A DNA stretch of 64,000 nt, from contig OZ024745.1 in the NCBI GenBank assembly GCA_964016885.1, forward strand, positions 10,292,001-10,356,000. Reading direction: 5' to 3'. The position numbers and the translations under genes are program-made. The notes under the pieces were generated by a model. That model was not told the DNA's origin. It was given only the letters and a program-made list of their open reading frames with translations, and did not search any database. Below, piece after piece: positions 1 to 13,545 of the stretch. Numbering within the stretch: position 1 is the stretch's first letter; each line of letters begins with the position of its first letter. Origin of the DNA: Eledone cirrhosa. Its lineage: Eukaryota.

Positions 1-606
1 GATGTCATAGTTTAGATAAAACCTTTGATGGTCACATTTAAGATGTCCTAGTTTAGATAAAACCTTTGATGGTCACATTTAAGATGTCATAGTTTAGATA
101 AAACCTTTGATGGTCACATGTAAGATGTCATAGTTTAGATAAAACCTTTAATGGTCACATTTAAGATGTCATAGTTTAGATAAAACCTTTGATGGTCACA
201 TTTAAGATGTCAGTTTAGATAAAACCGTTAATGGTCACATTTAAGATGTCATAGTTTAGATAAAACCTTTGATGGTCACATGTAAGATGTCATAGTTTAA
301 ATAAAACCTTTAATGGTCACATTTAAGATGTCATAGTTTAGATAAAACCTTTGATGGTCACATTTAAGATGTCATAGTTTAGATAAAACCTTTGATGGTC
401 ACATTTAAGATGTCATAGTTTAGATAAAACCTTTGATGGTCACATTTAAGATGTCATAGTTTAGATAAAACCTTTAATGGTCACATTTAAGATGTCATAG
501 TTTAGATAAAACCTTTGATGGTCACATTTAAGATGTCATAGTTTAGATAAAACCTTTAATGGTCACATTTAAGATGTCATAGTTTAGATAAAACCTTTAA
601 TGGTCA
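1..606. repeat. 41-bp minisatellite, ~15 copies, runs off the left edge
   Basis: Unit gatgtcatagtttagataaaacctttRatggtcacatttaa; starts at 1 and 42. Confidence 0.97.
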
Positions 607-769
607 TCAATGCTATAATCTAATTACCTCCTTCAGATATATAACATGTCTCTACAGAGATTACTGCAGTAAACTCAACATTCTCTCATGTAGTTCCACT
701 GTACATTATAAGATACATATAGCTAAAGTATTTCTTGGTTTCAATGTGTTTGCTGCCTACTGCATCTCT

Positions 770-1161
770 CTAATAATCGTAGTCCTATGTCCCCCCCTCA
801 TCATTACAGATGACGGAGCCCTAATAATTGTAGTCCTATGTCCCCCCCCCCTCATCATTACAGATGACGGAGCCCTAATAATCGTAGTCCTATGTCCTCC
901 CCCTCATCATTACATATGACGGAGCCCTAATAATCGCAGTCCTATGTCCCCCCCCCTCATCATTACAGATGACGGAACCCTAATAATCGTAGTCCTATGT
1001 CCCCCCCTCATCATTACAGATGACGGAGCCCTAATAATCCTAGTCCTATGCCCCCGCGCCCCTCATCATTACAGATGACGGAGCCCTAATAATCCTAGTC
1101 CTATGTCCCCCCCTCATCATTACAGATGACGGAGCCCTAATAATCCTAGTCCTATGTCCCT
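770..1161. repeat. ~51-bp minisatellite with variable poly-C, ~7.5 copies
   Basis: Unit taataatcgtagtcctatgt(c)ntcatcattacagatgacggagccc. Confidence 0.95.
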
Positions 1162-1264
1162 CAACAATTTTGTTGCTATTATCACATGAAATGATTTTTT
1201 TTCTCTTAACCAAATAAAGATTTATTTTAATTATTCATATCTTTTGTTATAATAAATCACATTT

Positions 1265-1525
1265 TAATCATCATCATCATTCTGTGTTCCCTCCATGGTT
1301 GTATGGATCAGAGAGGTTGTCACAGTCTGAAATCAGACAGGCCCTCATTGTGTTCATACATTCTATATTTGACATGGTTTCTATGGCTGGATGCCCCTCC
1401 TAATACCAATCACCTTCCAGGATGGGATGTACTGGGTGTATTTTTTTCATGTCACCAGCACTACCACATTGCAGAGCCTACTGGGTGTGTTTTATCATAG
1501 CCCCCAGCACTAGTGAGGTTGCCAC
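1265..1525 (-). mobile_element. SINE-like retroposon 3' part with (GAT)n tail
   Basis: (atc)n tail followed by ggtttctatggctggatgcccctcctaatacc...gtcaccagcact. Related blocks occur at 7180-7520 (+), 13880-14230 and 15120-15250. Confidence 0.6.
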
Positions 1526-1559
1526 CACATGCTTATCCGCTTATCCTGACTGAAGACTT

Positions 1560-1750
1560 CTCCAAACCCTCCACTATCACCCCCCCCCTCCAATATCACC
1601 AAATCCTCCCATCCCCAAACCCTCCACCTTCTCCACCCCCACCGTCCCCTAAACCCTCCACCATCACTAAATCCGCCCCTGTCCCCAAACCTTCCACCTT
1701 CTCCCCCACCCACTGTTCCCAAATCCTCCCCTGTCTCCAATCCCCAGCAC
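1560..1750. repeat. C-rich low-complexity tract (degenerate ccaaaccctccacc motif)
   Basis: Repeated ccccaaaccctccacc-like words; G-rich on the minus strand. Confidence 0.7.
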
Positions 1751-2091
1751 TATAGCCTCCATATTTACATTTGCTCAATAATAAACAATCCTACCTTTTA
1801 ATGTTTACATTTTAATTTTATTTTTTCCATATTATTTTCAGGTGCATTCCAAAGTTTGTAAAATATTTTTTACCTTGAAACCAATAAAAAAGTCTTCAAC
1901 ACACAAGGCAGAAATTACAGTAAACTATAACACGCCAATGTTTGATGTTTAACTACTAAATGCAAAGTATCTTCCAGCTTAATGTTGCCTCCTTTAAACT
2001 TGCTCAGTAATCTTGCTTTTATGAATATTCAAGAAAGGACTCAGCAAGCTTCCAATAAATAGCATCTGAACTTTCGTAACTTTACTATTGC

Positions 2092-5000
2092 CAACAGAAT
2101 TTTATATATAACATTAGAATACACCTACTTTCACAACAGAATATACCATATATAATATTAAAATAGACCCCTTCACATCAGAATATACCATATATAATAT
2201 TAAAATAGACCCCTTCACAACAGAATATACCATATATAATATTAAAATAGACCCCTTCACATCAGAATATACCATATATAATAAAATAGACCCCTTCACA
2301 TCAGAATATACCATATATAATATTAAAATAGACCCCTTTGCAACAGAATATACCATATATAATATTAAAATAGACCCCTTCACATCAGAATATACCATAT
2401 ATATTAAAATAGACCCCTTCACATCAGAATATACCATATATAATATTAAAATAGACCCCTTCGCAACAGAATATACCATATATAATATTAAAATAGACCC
2501 CTTCACATCAGAATATACCATATATATTAAAATAGACCCCTTCACATCAGAATATACCATATATAATATTAAAATAGACACCTTCACAACAGAATATACC
2601 ATATATATTAAAATAGACCCCTTCGCAACAGAATATACCATATATAATATTAAAATAGACCCCTTCACAACAGAATATACCATATATATTAAAATAGACC
2701 CCTTCACAACAGAATATACTATATATATTAAAATAGACCCCTTCACAACAGAATATACCATATATATTAAAATAGACCCCTTCACATCAGAATATACCAT
2801 ATATATTAAAATAGACCCCTTCATAACAGAATATATCATATATAATATTAAAATAGACCCCTTCACAACAGAATATACCATATATAATATTAAAATAGAC
2901 CCCTTCACAACAGAATATACCATATATAATATTAAAATAGACCCCTTCACAACAGAATATACCATATATATTAAAATAGACCCCTTCACAACAGAATATA
3001 CCATATATAATATTAAAATAGACCCCTTCACATCAGAATATACCATATATAATATTAAAATAGACCCCTTCACAACAGAATATACCATATATATTAAAAT
3101 AGACCCCTTCACAACAGAATATACCATATATATTAAAATAGACCCCTTCACAACAGAATATACCATATATATTAAAATAGACCCCTTCACATCAGAATAT
3201 ACCATATATATTAAAATAGACCCCTTCATAACAGAATATATCATATATAATATTAAAATAGACCCCTTCACAACAGAATATATCATATATAATATTAAAA
3301 TAGACCCCTTCACAACAGAATATACCATATATATTAAAATAGACCCCTTCGCAACAGAATATACCATATATATTAAAATAGACCCCTTCACAACAGAATA
3401 TACCATATATAATATTAAAATAGACCCCTTCACAACAGAATATACCATATATATTAAAATAGACCCCTTCACAACAGAATATACCATATATATTAAAATA
3501 GACCCCTTCACAACAGAATATACCATATATATTAAAATAGAACCCTTCACATCAGAATATACCATATATATTAAAATAGACCCCTTCATAACAGAATATA
3601 TCATATATAATATTAAAATAGACCCCTTCACAACAGAATATACCATATATATTAAAATAGACCCCTTCGCAACAGAATATACCATATATATTAAAATAGA
3701 CCCCTTCACAACAGAATATACCATATATAATATTAAAATAGACCCCTTCACAACAGAATATACCATATATATTAAAATAGACCCCTTCACAGCAGAATAT
3801 ACCATATATATTAAAATAGACCTCTTCATAACAGAATATATCATATATAATATTAAAATAGACCCCTTCACAACAGAATATACCATATATAATATTAAAA
3901 TAGACCCCTTCACAACAGAATATACCATATATAATATTAAAATAGACCCCTTCACAACAGAATATACCATATATATTAAAATAGACCCCTTCACATCAGA
4001 ATATACCATATATAATATTAAAATAGACCCCTTTGCAACAGAATATACCATATATAATATTAAAATAGACCCCTTCACATCAGAATATACCATATATATT
4101 AAAATAGACCCCTTCACATCAGAATATACCATATATAATATTAAAATAGACCCCTTCGCAACAGAATATACCATATATAATATTAAAATAGACCCCTTCA
4201 CATCAGAATATACCATATATATTAAAATAGACCCCTTCACATCAGAATATACCATATATAATATTAAAATAGACACCTTCACAACAGAATATACCATATA
4301 TATTAAAATAGACCCCTTCGCAACAGAATATACCATATATAATATTAAAATAGACCCCTTCACAACAGAATATACCATATATATTAAAATAGACCCCTTC
4401 ACAACAGAATATACCATATATAATATTAAAATAGACCCCTTCACAACAGAATATACCATATATAATATTAAAATAGACCCCTTCACAACAGAATATACCA
4501 TAAATATTAAAATAGACCCCTTCACAACAGAATATACCATATATAATATTAAAATAGACCCCTTCACATCAGAATATACCATATATAATATTAAAATAGA
4601 CCCCTTCACAACAGAATATACCATATATATTAAAATAGACCCCTTCACAACAGAATATACCATATATATTAAAATAGACCCTTTCACAACAGAATATACC
4701 ATATATATTAAAATAGACCCCTTCACATCAGAATATACCATATATATTAAAATAGACCCCTTCATAACAGAATATATCATATATAATATTAAAATAGACC
4801 CCTTCACAACAGAATATATCATATATAATATTAAAATAGACCCCTTCACAACAGAATATACCATATATATTAAAATAGACCCCTTCGCAACAGAATATAC
4901 CATATATATTAAAATAGACCCCTTCACAACAGAATATACCATATATAATATTAAAATAGACCCCTTCACAACAGAATATACCATATATATTAAAATAGAC

Positions 5001-6961
5001 CCCTTCACAACAGAATATACCATATATATTAAAATAGACCCCTTCACAACAGAATATACCATATATATTAAAATAGAACCCTTCACATCAGAATATACCA
5101 TATATATTAAAATAGACCCCTTCATAACAGAATATATCATATATAATATTAAAATAGACCCCTTCACAACAGAATATACCATATATATTAAAATAGACCC
5201 CTTCGCAACAGAATATACCATATATATTAAAATAGACCCCTTCACAACAGAATATACCATATATAATATTAAAATAGACCCCTTCACAACAGAATATACC
5301 ATATATATTAAAATAGACCCCTTCACATCAGAATATACCATATATATTAAAATAGACCTCTTCATAACAGAATATATCATATATAATATTAAAATAGACC
5401 CCTTCACAACAGAATATACCATATATAATATTAAAATAGACCCCTTCACAACAGAATATACCATATATAATATTAAAATAGACCCCTTCACAACAGAATA
5501 TACCATATATATTAAAATAGACCCCTTCACATCAGAATATACCATATATAATATTAAAATAGACCCCTTCACAACAGAATATACCGTATATAATATTAAA
5601 ATAGACCCCTTCACAACAGAATATACCATATATATTAAAATAGACCCCTTCACATCAGAATATACCATATATATTAAAATAGACCCCTTCATAACAGAAT
5701 ATATCATATATAATATTAAAATAGACCCCTTCACAACAGAATATACCATATATAATATTAAAATAGACCCCTTCACAACAGAATATACCATATATAATAT
5801 TAAAATAGACCCCTTCACAACAGAATATACCATATATATTAAAATAGACCCCTTCACAACAGAATATACCATATATAATATTAAAATAGACCCCTTCACA
5901 TCAGAATATACCATACATAATATTAAAATAGACCCCTTCACAACAGAATATACCATATATATTAAAATAGACCCCTTCATAACAGAATATATCATATATA
6001 ATATTAAAATAGACCCCTTCACAACAGAATATATCATATATAATATTAAAATAGACCCCTTCACAACAGAATATACCATATATATTAAAATAGACCCCTT
6101 CACAACAGAATATACCATATATAATATTAAAATAGACCCCTTCACAACAGAATATACCATATATATTAAAATAGACCCCTTCACAACAGAATATACCATA
6201 TATATTAAAATAGACCCCTTCACAACAGAATATACCATATATATTAAAATAGACCCCTTCACATCAGAATATACCATATATATTAAAATAGACCCCTTCA
6301 TAACAGAATATATCATATATAATATTAAAATAGACCCCTTCACAACAGAATATACCATATATAATATTAAAATAGACCCCTTCACAACAGAATATACCAT
6401 ATATATTAAAATAGACCCCTTCACAACAGAATATACCATATATATTAAAATAGACCCCTTCACAACAGAATATACCATATATATTAAAATAGACCCCTTC
6501 ACATCAGAATATACCATATATATTAAAATAGACCCCTTCATAACAGAATATATCATATATAATATTAAAATAGACCCCTTCACAACAGAATATACCATAT
6601 ATAATATTAAAATAGACCCCTTCACAACAGAATATACCATATATATTAAAATAGACCCCTTCGCAACAGAATATACCATATATATTAAAATAGACCCCTT
6701 CACAACAGAATATACCATATATAATATTAAAATAGACCCCTTCACAACAGAATATACCATATATAACATTAAAATAGACCCCTTCACAACAGAATATACC
6801 ATATATATTAAAATAGACCCCTTCACAACAGAATATACCATATATAATATTAAAATAGACCCCTTCACAACAGAATATACCATATATAACATTAAAATAG
6901 ACCCCTTCACAACAGAATATACCATATATAACATTAAAATAGACCCCTTCGCATCAGAATA
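2092..6961. repeat. 39/42-bp minisatellite, ~120 copies
   Basis: Unit aaaatagaccccttcacaacagaatataccatatat(aat)att; source of the 1606-aa repetitive ORF. Confidence 0.98.
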
Positions 6962-7179
6962 TGGTGAATATCTTCACATTTCTGTGTTCCTGAAAGGATT
7001 TCCTTTTGACAATACAGATAAAAAATAGAGGTATATCACTTAAAATCACTGGCACACAAAGACAGACACACACTTTCACATACAGGGAAATTAATGTGTA
7101 CACACACACCTACTTTCACAATAATAAAGAAATCAACAGACATTTTTAAATAACCTTTCCCACTAATATTGAATCTACT

Positions 7180-7521
7180 CCACTCAGTGAGGTGGTCGTG
7201 GTGACATGATAAAAATGCACCTAGTCCAACCTGTAAGGTGGTTGTGCTGGTGACATAACAAAAATGCACCTAGTCTACCCTGTAAGGTGGTAGTACTGGT
7301 GACATGACAAAAGGCACCCAGTCCATCCTATAAGGTGGTCATGCTGGTGCCACAAAAAAAATTCCTGGGGCATGCTGAAATATGGTTAGCGTTAGGGGGA
7401 GCAAAAGATGGAATGTATGAGCAAAATGTGGTCACCTAACCTATCTAGCCTCATAACCGGACAACCTGTCTAACCCATGCAGACATGGAATATAGATTTT
7501 AAATGGTGATAGTGATGATGG
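7180..7521 (+). mobile_element. SINE-like retroposon 3' part with three internal ~50-bp repeats and RTE-type tail
   Basis: (aaggtggt..gtgctggtgacat..aaaatgcacc) x3, then aacccatgcagacatggaa...gatgatg. Confidence 0.6.
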
Positions 7522-7524
7522 TGC

Positions 7525-7596
7525 TAAACACTTTAAAATAAACAGATTTGTATTGTAGAACAATGGCCAATTACAGTTTGGTTTCAGAAGGGTTAA
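7525..7596 (+). mobile_element. Right-end fragment of piggyBac-like MITE family A
   Basis: taaacactttaaaataaacagatttgtattgtagaac...tttggtttcagaagggttaa matches 21721-21806 and the reverse complement of 26641-26700. Confidence 0.7.
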
Positions 7597-10500
7597 CTTG
7601 GGATACTGACACAAGGGTTAACTTGGGATACTGACACAAGGGTTAACTTAGCATACTGACACAAGGGTTAACTTGGGATACTGACACAAGGGTTAACTTG
7701 GGATACTGACACAAGGGTTAACTTGGCATACTGACACAAGGGTTAACTTGGGATACTGACACAAGGGTTAACTTAGCATACTGACACAAGGGTTAACTTG
7801 GTATACTGACACAAGGGTTAACTTGGCATACTGACACAAGGGTTAACTTGGGATACTGACACAAGGGTTAACTTGGGATACTGACACAAGGGTTAACTTG
7901 GGATACTGACACAAGGGTTAACTTGGGATACTGACACAAGGGTTAACTTGGGATACTGACACAAGGGTTAACTTGGGATACTGACACAAGGGTTAACTTG
8001 GGATACTGACACAAGGGTTAACTTGGGATACTGACACAAGGGTTAACTTGGGATACTGACACAAGGGTTAACTTAGCATACTGACACAAGGGTTAACTTA
8101 GCATACTGACACAAGGGTTAACTTGGGATACTGACACAAGGGTTAACTTAGCATACTGACACAAGGGTTAACTTGGGATACTGACACAAGGGTTAACTTA
8201 GCATACTGACACAAGGGTTAACTTGGGATACTGACACAAGGGTTAACTTAGCATACTGACACAAGGGTTAACTTAGCATACTGACACAAGGGTTAACTTG
8301 GGATACTGACACAAGGGTTAACTTGGGATACTGGCACAAGGGTTAACTTGGGATACTGGCACAAGGGTTAACTTAGCATACTGACACAAGGGTTAACTTA
8401 GGATACTGACACAAGGGTTAACTTAGCATACTGACACAAGGGTTAACTTAGCATACTGACACAAGGGTTAACTTAGCATACTGACACAAGGGTTAACTTA
8501 GCATACTGACACAAGGGTTAACTTAGCATACTGACACAAGGGTTAACTTGGGATACTGACACAAGGGTTAACTTAGCATACTGACACAAGGGTTAACTTG
8601 GGATACTGACACAAGGGTTAACTTAGCATACTGACACAAGGGTTAACTTGGGATACTGACACAAGGGTTAACTTGGGATACTGACACAAGGGTTAACTTG
8701 GGATACTGACACAAGGGTTAACTTGGGATGCTGACACAAGGGTTAACTTGGGATACTGACACAAGGGTTAACTTGGGATACTGACACAAGGGTTAACTTG
8801 GGATACTGACACAAGGGTTAACTTGGGATACTGACACAAGAGTTAAGTTGGGATACTGGCACAAGGGTTAACTTGGGATACTGACACAAGGGTTAACTTG
8901 GGATACTGACACAAGGGTTAACTTGGGATACTGACACAAGGGTTAACTTAGCATACTGACACAAGGGTTAACTTAGCATACTGACACAAGGGTTAACTTG
9001 GGATACTGACACAAGGGTTAACTTAGCATACTGACACAAGGGTTAACTTGGGATACTGACACAAGGGTTAACTTGGGATACTGACACAAGGGTTAACTTG
9101 GGATACTGACACAAGGGTTAACTTAGCATACTGACACAAGGGTTAACTTGGGATACTGACACAAGGGTTAACTTGGGATACTGACACAAGGGTTAACTTG
9201 GGATACTGACACAAGGGTTAACTTGGGATACTGACACAAGGGTTAACTTGGTATACTGACACAAGGGTTAACTTGGGATACTGACACAAGGGCTAACTTG
9301 GGATACTGACACAAGGGTTAACTTGGGATACTGACACAAGGGTTAACTTGGGATACTGACACAAGGGTTAACTTGGGATACTGACACAAGGGTTAACTTG
9401 GGATACTGACACAAGGGTTAACTTGGGATACTGACACAAGGGTTAACTTGGGATACTGACACAAGGGTTAACTTAGCATACTGACACAAGGGTTAACTTG
9501 GGATACTGACACAAGGGTTAACTTGGGATACTGACACAAGGGTTAACTTGGGATACTGACACAAGGGTTAACTTGGGATACTGACACAAGGGTTAACTTA
9601 GCATACTGACACAAGGGTTAACTTAGCATACTGACACAAGGGTTAACTTAGCATACTGACACAAGGGTTAACTTGGGATACTGACACAAGGGTTAACTTA
9701 GCATACTGACACAAGGGTTAACTTGGGATACTGACACAAGGGTTAACTTGGGATACTGACACAAGGGTTAACTTGGGATACTGACACAAGGGTTAACTTA
9801 GCATACTGACACAAGGGTTAACTTGGGATACTGACACAAGGGTTAACTTGGGATACTGACACAAGGGTTAACTTGGGATACTGACACAAGGGTTAACTTA
9901 GCATACTGACACAAGGGTTAACTTGGGATACTGACACAAGGGTTAACTTGGGATACTGACACAAGGGTTAACTTGGGATACTGACACAAGGGTTAACTTA
10001 GCATACTGACACAAGGGTTAACTTGGGATACTGACACAAGGGTTAACTTAGCATACTGACACAAGGGTTAACTTAGCATACTGACACAAGGGTTAACTTG
10101 GGATACTGACACAAGGGTTAACTTAGCATACTGACACAAGGGTTGACTTAGCATACTGACACAAGGGTTAACTTGGGATACTGACACAAGGGTTAACTTG
10201 GGATACTGACACAAGGGTTAACTTGGGATACTGACACAAGGGTTAACTTGGGATACTGACACAAGGGTTAACTTGGTATACTGACACAAGGGTTAACTTG
10301 ACATACTGACACAAGGGTTAACTTGGGATACTGACACAAGGGTTAACTTGGGATACTGACACAAGGGTTAACTTGGGATACTGACACAAGGGTTAACTTG
10401 GGATACTGACACAAGGGTTAACTTGGGATACTGACACAAGGGTTAACTTGGGATACTGACACAAGGGTTAACTTGGGATACTGACACAAGGGTTAACTTG

Positions 10501-12734
10501 GGATACTGACACAAGGGTTAACTTGGGATACTGACACAAGGGTTAACCTAGCATACTGACACAAGGGTTAACTTGGGATACTGACACAAGGGTTAACTTA
10601 GCATACTGACACAAGGGTTAACTTGGGATACTGACACAAGGGTTAACTTAGCATACTGACACAAGGGTTAACTTAGCATACTGACACAAGGGTTAACTTA
10701 GCATACTGACACAAGGGTTAACTTGGGATACTGACACAAGGGTTAACTTGGGATACTGACACAAGGGTTAACTTAGCATACTGACACAAGGGTTAACTTA
10801 GCATACTGACACAAGGGTTAACTTAGCATACTGACACAAGGGTTAACTTAGCATACTGACACAAGGGTTAACTTGGGATACTGACACAAGGGTTAACTTA
10901 GCATACTGACACAAGGCTAACTTGGGATACTGACACAAGGGTTAACTTAGCATACTGACACAAGGGTTAACTTGGGATACTGACACAAGGGTTAACTTGG
11001 GATACTGACACAAGGGTTAACTTGGGATACTGACACAAGGGTTAACTTGGGATACTGACACAAGGGTTAACTTGGGATACTGACACAAGGGTTAACTTGG
11101 GATACTGACACAAGGGTTAACTTAGCATACTGACACAAGGGTTAACTTAGCATACTGACACAAGGGTTAACTTGGGATACTGACACAAGGGTTAACTTGG
11201 GATACTGACACAAGGGTTAACTTGGGATACTGACACAAGGGTTAACTTAGCATACTGACACAAGGGTTAACTTAGCATACTGACACAAGGGTTAACTTGG
11301 GATACTGACACAAGGGTTAACTTGGGATACTGACACAAGGGTTAACTTGGGATACTGACACAAGGGTTAACTTGGGATACTGACACAAGGGTTAACTTGG
11401 GATACTGACACAAGGGTTAACTTAGCATACTGACACAAGGGTTAACTTAGCATACTGACACAAGGGTTAACTTGGGATACTGACACAAGGGTTAACTTAG
11501 CATACTGACACAAGGGTTAACTTGGGATACTGACACAAGAGTTAACTTGGGATACTGACACAAGGGTTAACTTGGGATACTGACACAAGGGTTAACTTAG
11601 CATACTGACACAAGGGTTAACTTGGGATACTGACACAAGGGTTAACTTGGGATACTGACACAAGGGTTAACTTGGGATACTGACACAAGGGTTAACTTGG
11701 GATACTGACACAAGGGTTAACTTGGTATACTGACACAAGGGTTAACTTGGGATACTGACACAAGGGCTAACTTGGGATACTGACACAAGGGTTAACTTGG
11801 GATACTGACACAAGGGTTAACTTGGGATACTGACACAAGGGTTAACTTGGGATACTGACACAAGGGTTAACTTGGGATACTGACACAAGGGTTAACTTAG
11901 CATACTGACACAAGGGTTAACTTGGGATACTGACACAAGGGTTAACTTGGGATACTGACACAAGGGTTAACTTGGGATACTGACACAAGGGTTAACTTGG
12001 GATACTGACACAAGGTTTAACTTAGCATACTGACACAAGGGTTAACTTAGCATACTGACACAAGGGTTAACTTAGCATACTGACACAAGGGTTAACTTGG
12101 GATACTGACACAAGGGTTAACTTAGCATACTGACACAAGGGTTAACTTGGGATACTGACACAAGGGTTAACTTAGCATACTGACACAAGGGTTAACTTGG
12201 GATACTGACACAAGGGTTAACTTGGGATACTGACACAAGGGTTAACTTGGGATACTGACACAAGGGTTAACTTAGCATACTGACACAAGGGTTAACTTAG
12301 CATACTGACACAAGGGTTAACTTGGGATACTGACACAAGGGTTAACTTGGGATACTGACACAAGGGTTAACTTAGCATACTGACACAAGGGTTAACTTAG
12401 CATACTGACACAAGGGTTAACTTGGGATACTGACACAAGGGTTAACTTAGCATACTGACACAAGGGTTAACTTAGCATACTGACACAAGGGTTAACTTGG
12501 GATACTGACACGAGGGTTAACTTAGCATACTGACACAAGGGTTAACTTAGCATACTGACACAAGGGTTAACTTGGGATACTGACACAAGGGTTAACTTAG
12601 CATACTGACACAAGGGTTAGCTTGGGATACTGACACAAGGGTTAACTTGGGATTGACACAAGGGTTAACTTAGCATACTGACACAAGGGTTAGCTTGGGA
12701 TACTGACACAAGGGTTAGCTTGGGATTGACACAA
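7588..12734. repeat. 25-bp satellite, ~205 copies, two main variants
   Basis: Unit aagggttaactt(ggg|agc)atactgacac. Confidence 0.98.
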
Positions 12735-12830
12735 ACTTTGCTGTCTTGACCCTCAGCTGTAAATATTATTTAAAATAAACAGGTATTCAAATAATTAAGA
12801 GTTTAATCAATATAATTGTTACGCCATGTG

Positions 12831-12962
12831 TATCCCAGTTTTTAGAATAGGTACACCATACCTCAGTGTGTCATAGGAGGTGACTAAAACAGTTGGTGTC
12901 AGGCAGAGCATATGGCTGTAAAATACTGTCACAAAATATACCATCCAAACTATGATGATGGT
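12831..12962 (+). mobile_element. Unexpanded copy of the satellite-seeding retroposon
   Basis: ccatgtgtatcccagtttttagaataggtacaccatacctcagtgtgtcataggaggtgactaaaacagttggtgtcagg...ggctgtaaaa...gatgatg. Confidence 0.65.
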
Positions 12963-13411
12963 AGTGATAATAGTGGTGTAGTTTAGTCAGCTTCCTATTA
13001 GACTGCATCTCATAGGAGGACTGGTCAATGTTTTAATGATAGAGGTTTCAGTCCTATCATATCAACATTTCCAATTGAGAGAAGGCAGGATTTGAACTTA
13101 GAATAAAAAGAGCTGGAACCCCTACTCTACCAATTCCACCAATACAGTTTCAGTTTGTGTCAGTTTTCAGTATTAAAAGAAGCAAACAAAAGAGACACAG
13201 TTATCAGAAGATGTTGGAAGCTGAGACACAGAAAATAGCAGTAATTAGTCAGTTGATATAAATAGCTTAGAAAAATAGAGTAAAAACCCTTAGAGATGGG
13301 AAAATGTCAGCAGCCGAGTGTGTTTGTTAGACAAGAAATTATCAGAGATTCTAAGGTTTAGCATTTTGAATGACTGGGTGCTTTAAGTGGGTTGATATTA
13401 TATATAAAGTG

Positions 13412-13545
13412 TAGGCACATCGCTTAATAGTTAGGGTATTCTTCTTACAGTTGTTAGGTTGTGAGCTCAATTCCTGGCAGTACATCGTGTCCTTGAGCAA
13501 GACACTTTATTTCACGTTGCTCCATTATATTCAGCTGTAATTGAA
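13412..13545 (+). mobile_element. tRNA-derived SINE 5' fragment
   Basis: Degenerate A/B boxes (cgcttaatagttag; gagctcaattcc) followed by gtgtccttgagcaagacactttatttcac; parallels 24568-24700. Confidence 0.7.

Noticed and set aside
1510-1778. Pro-rich and Gly-rich ORFs
   Set aside because: Products of C-rich low-complexity DNA with no splice or homology support.
2114-6934. 1606-aa ORF as a protein-coding gene
   Set aside because: It coincides with the minisatellite, has no unique domain, and is open because the unit lengths are multiples of 3.
7588-12734. CRISPR-like array
   Set aside because: Head-to-tail repeats with no unique spacers, no cas genes and a eukaryotic context. The same applies to the other arrays.
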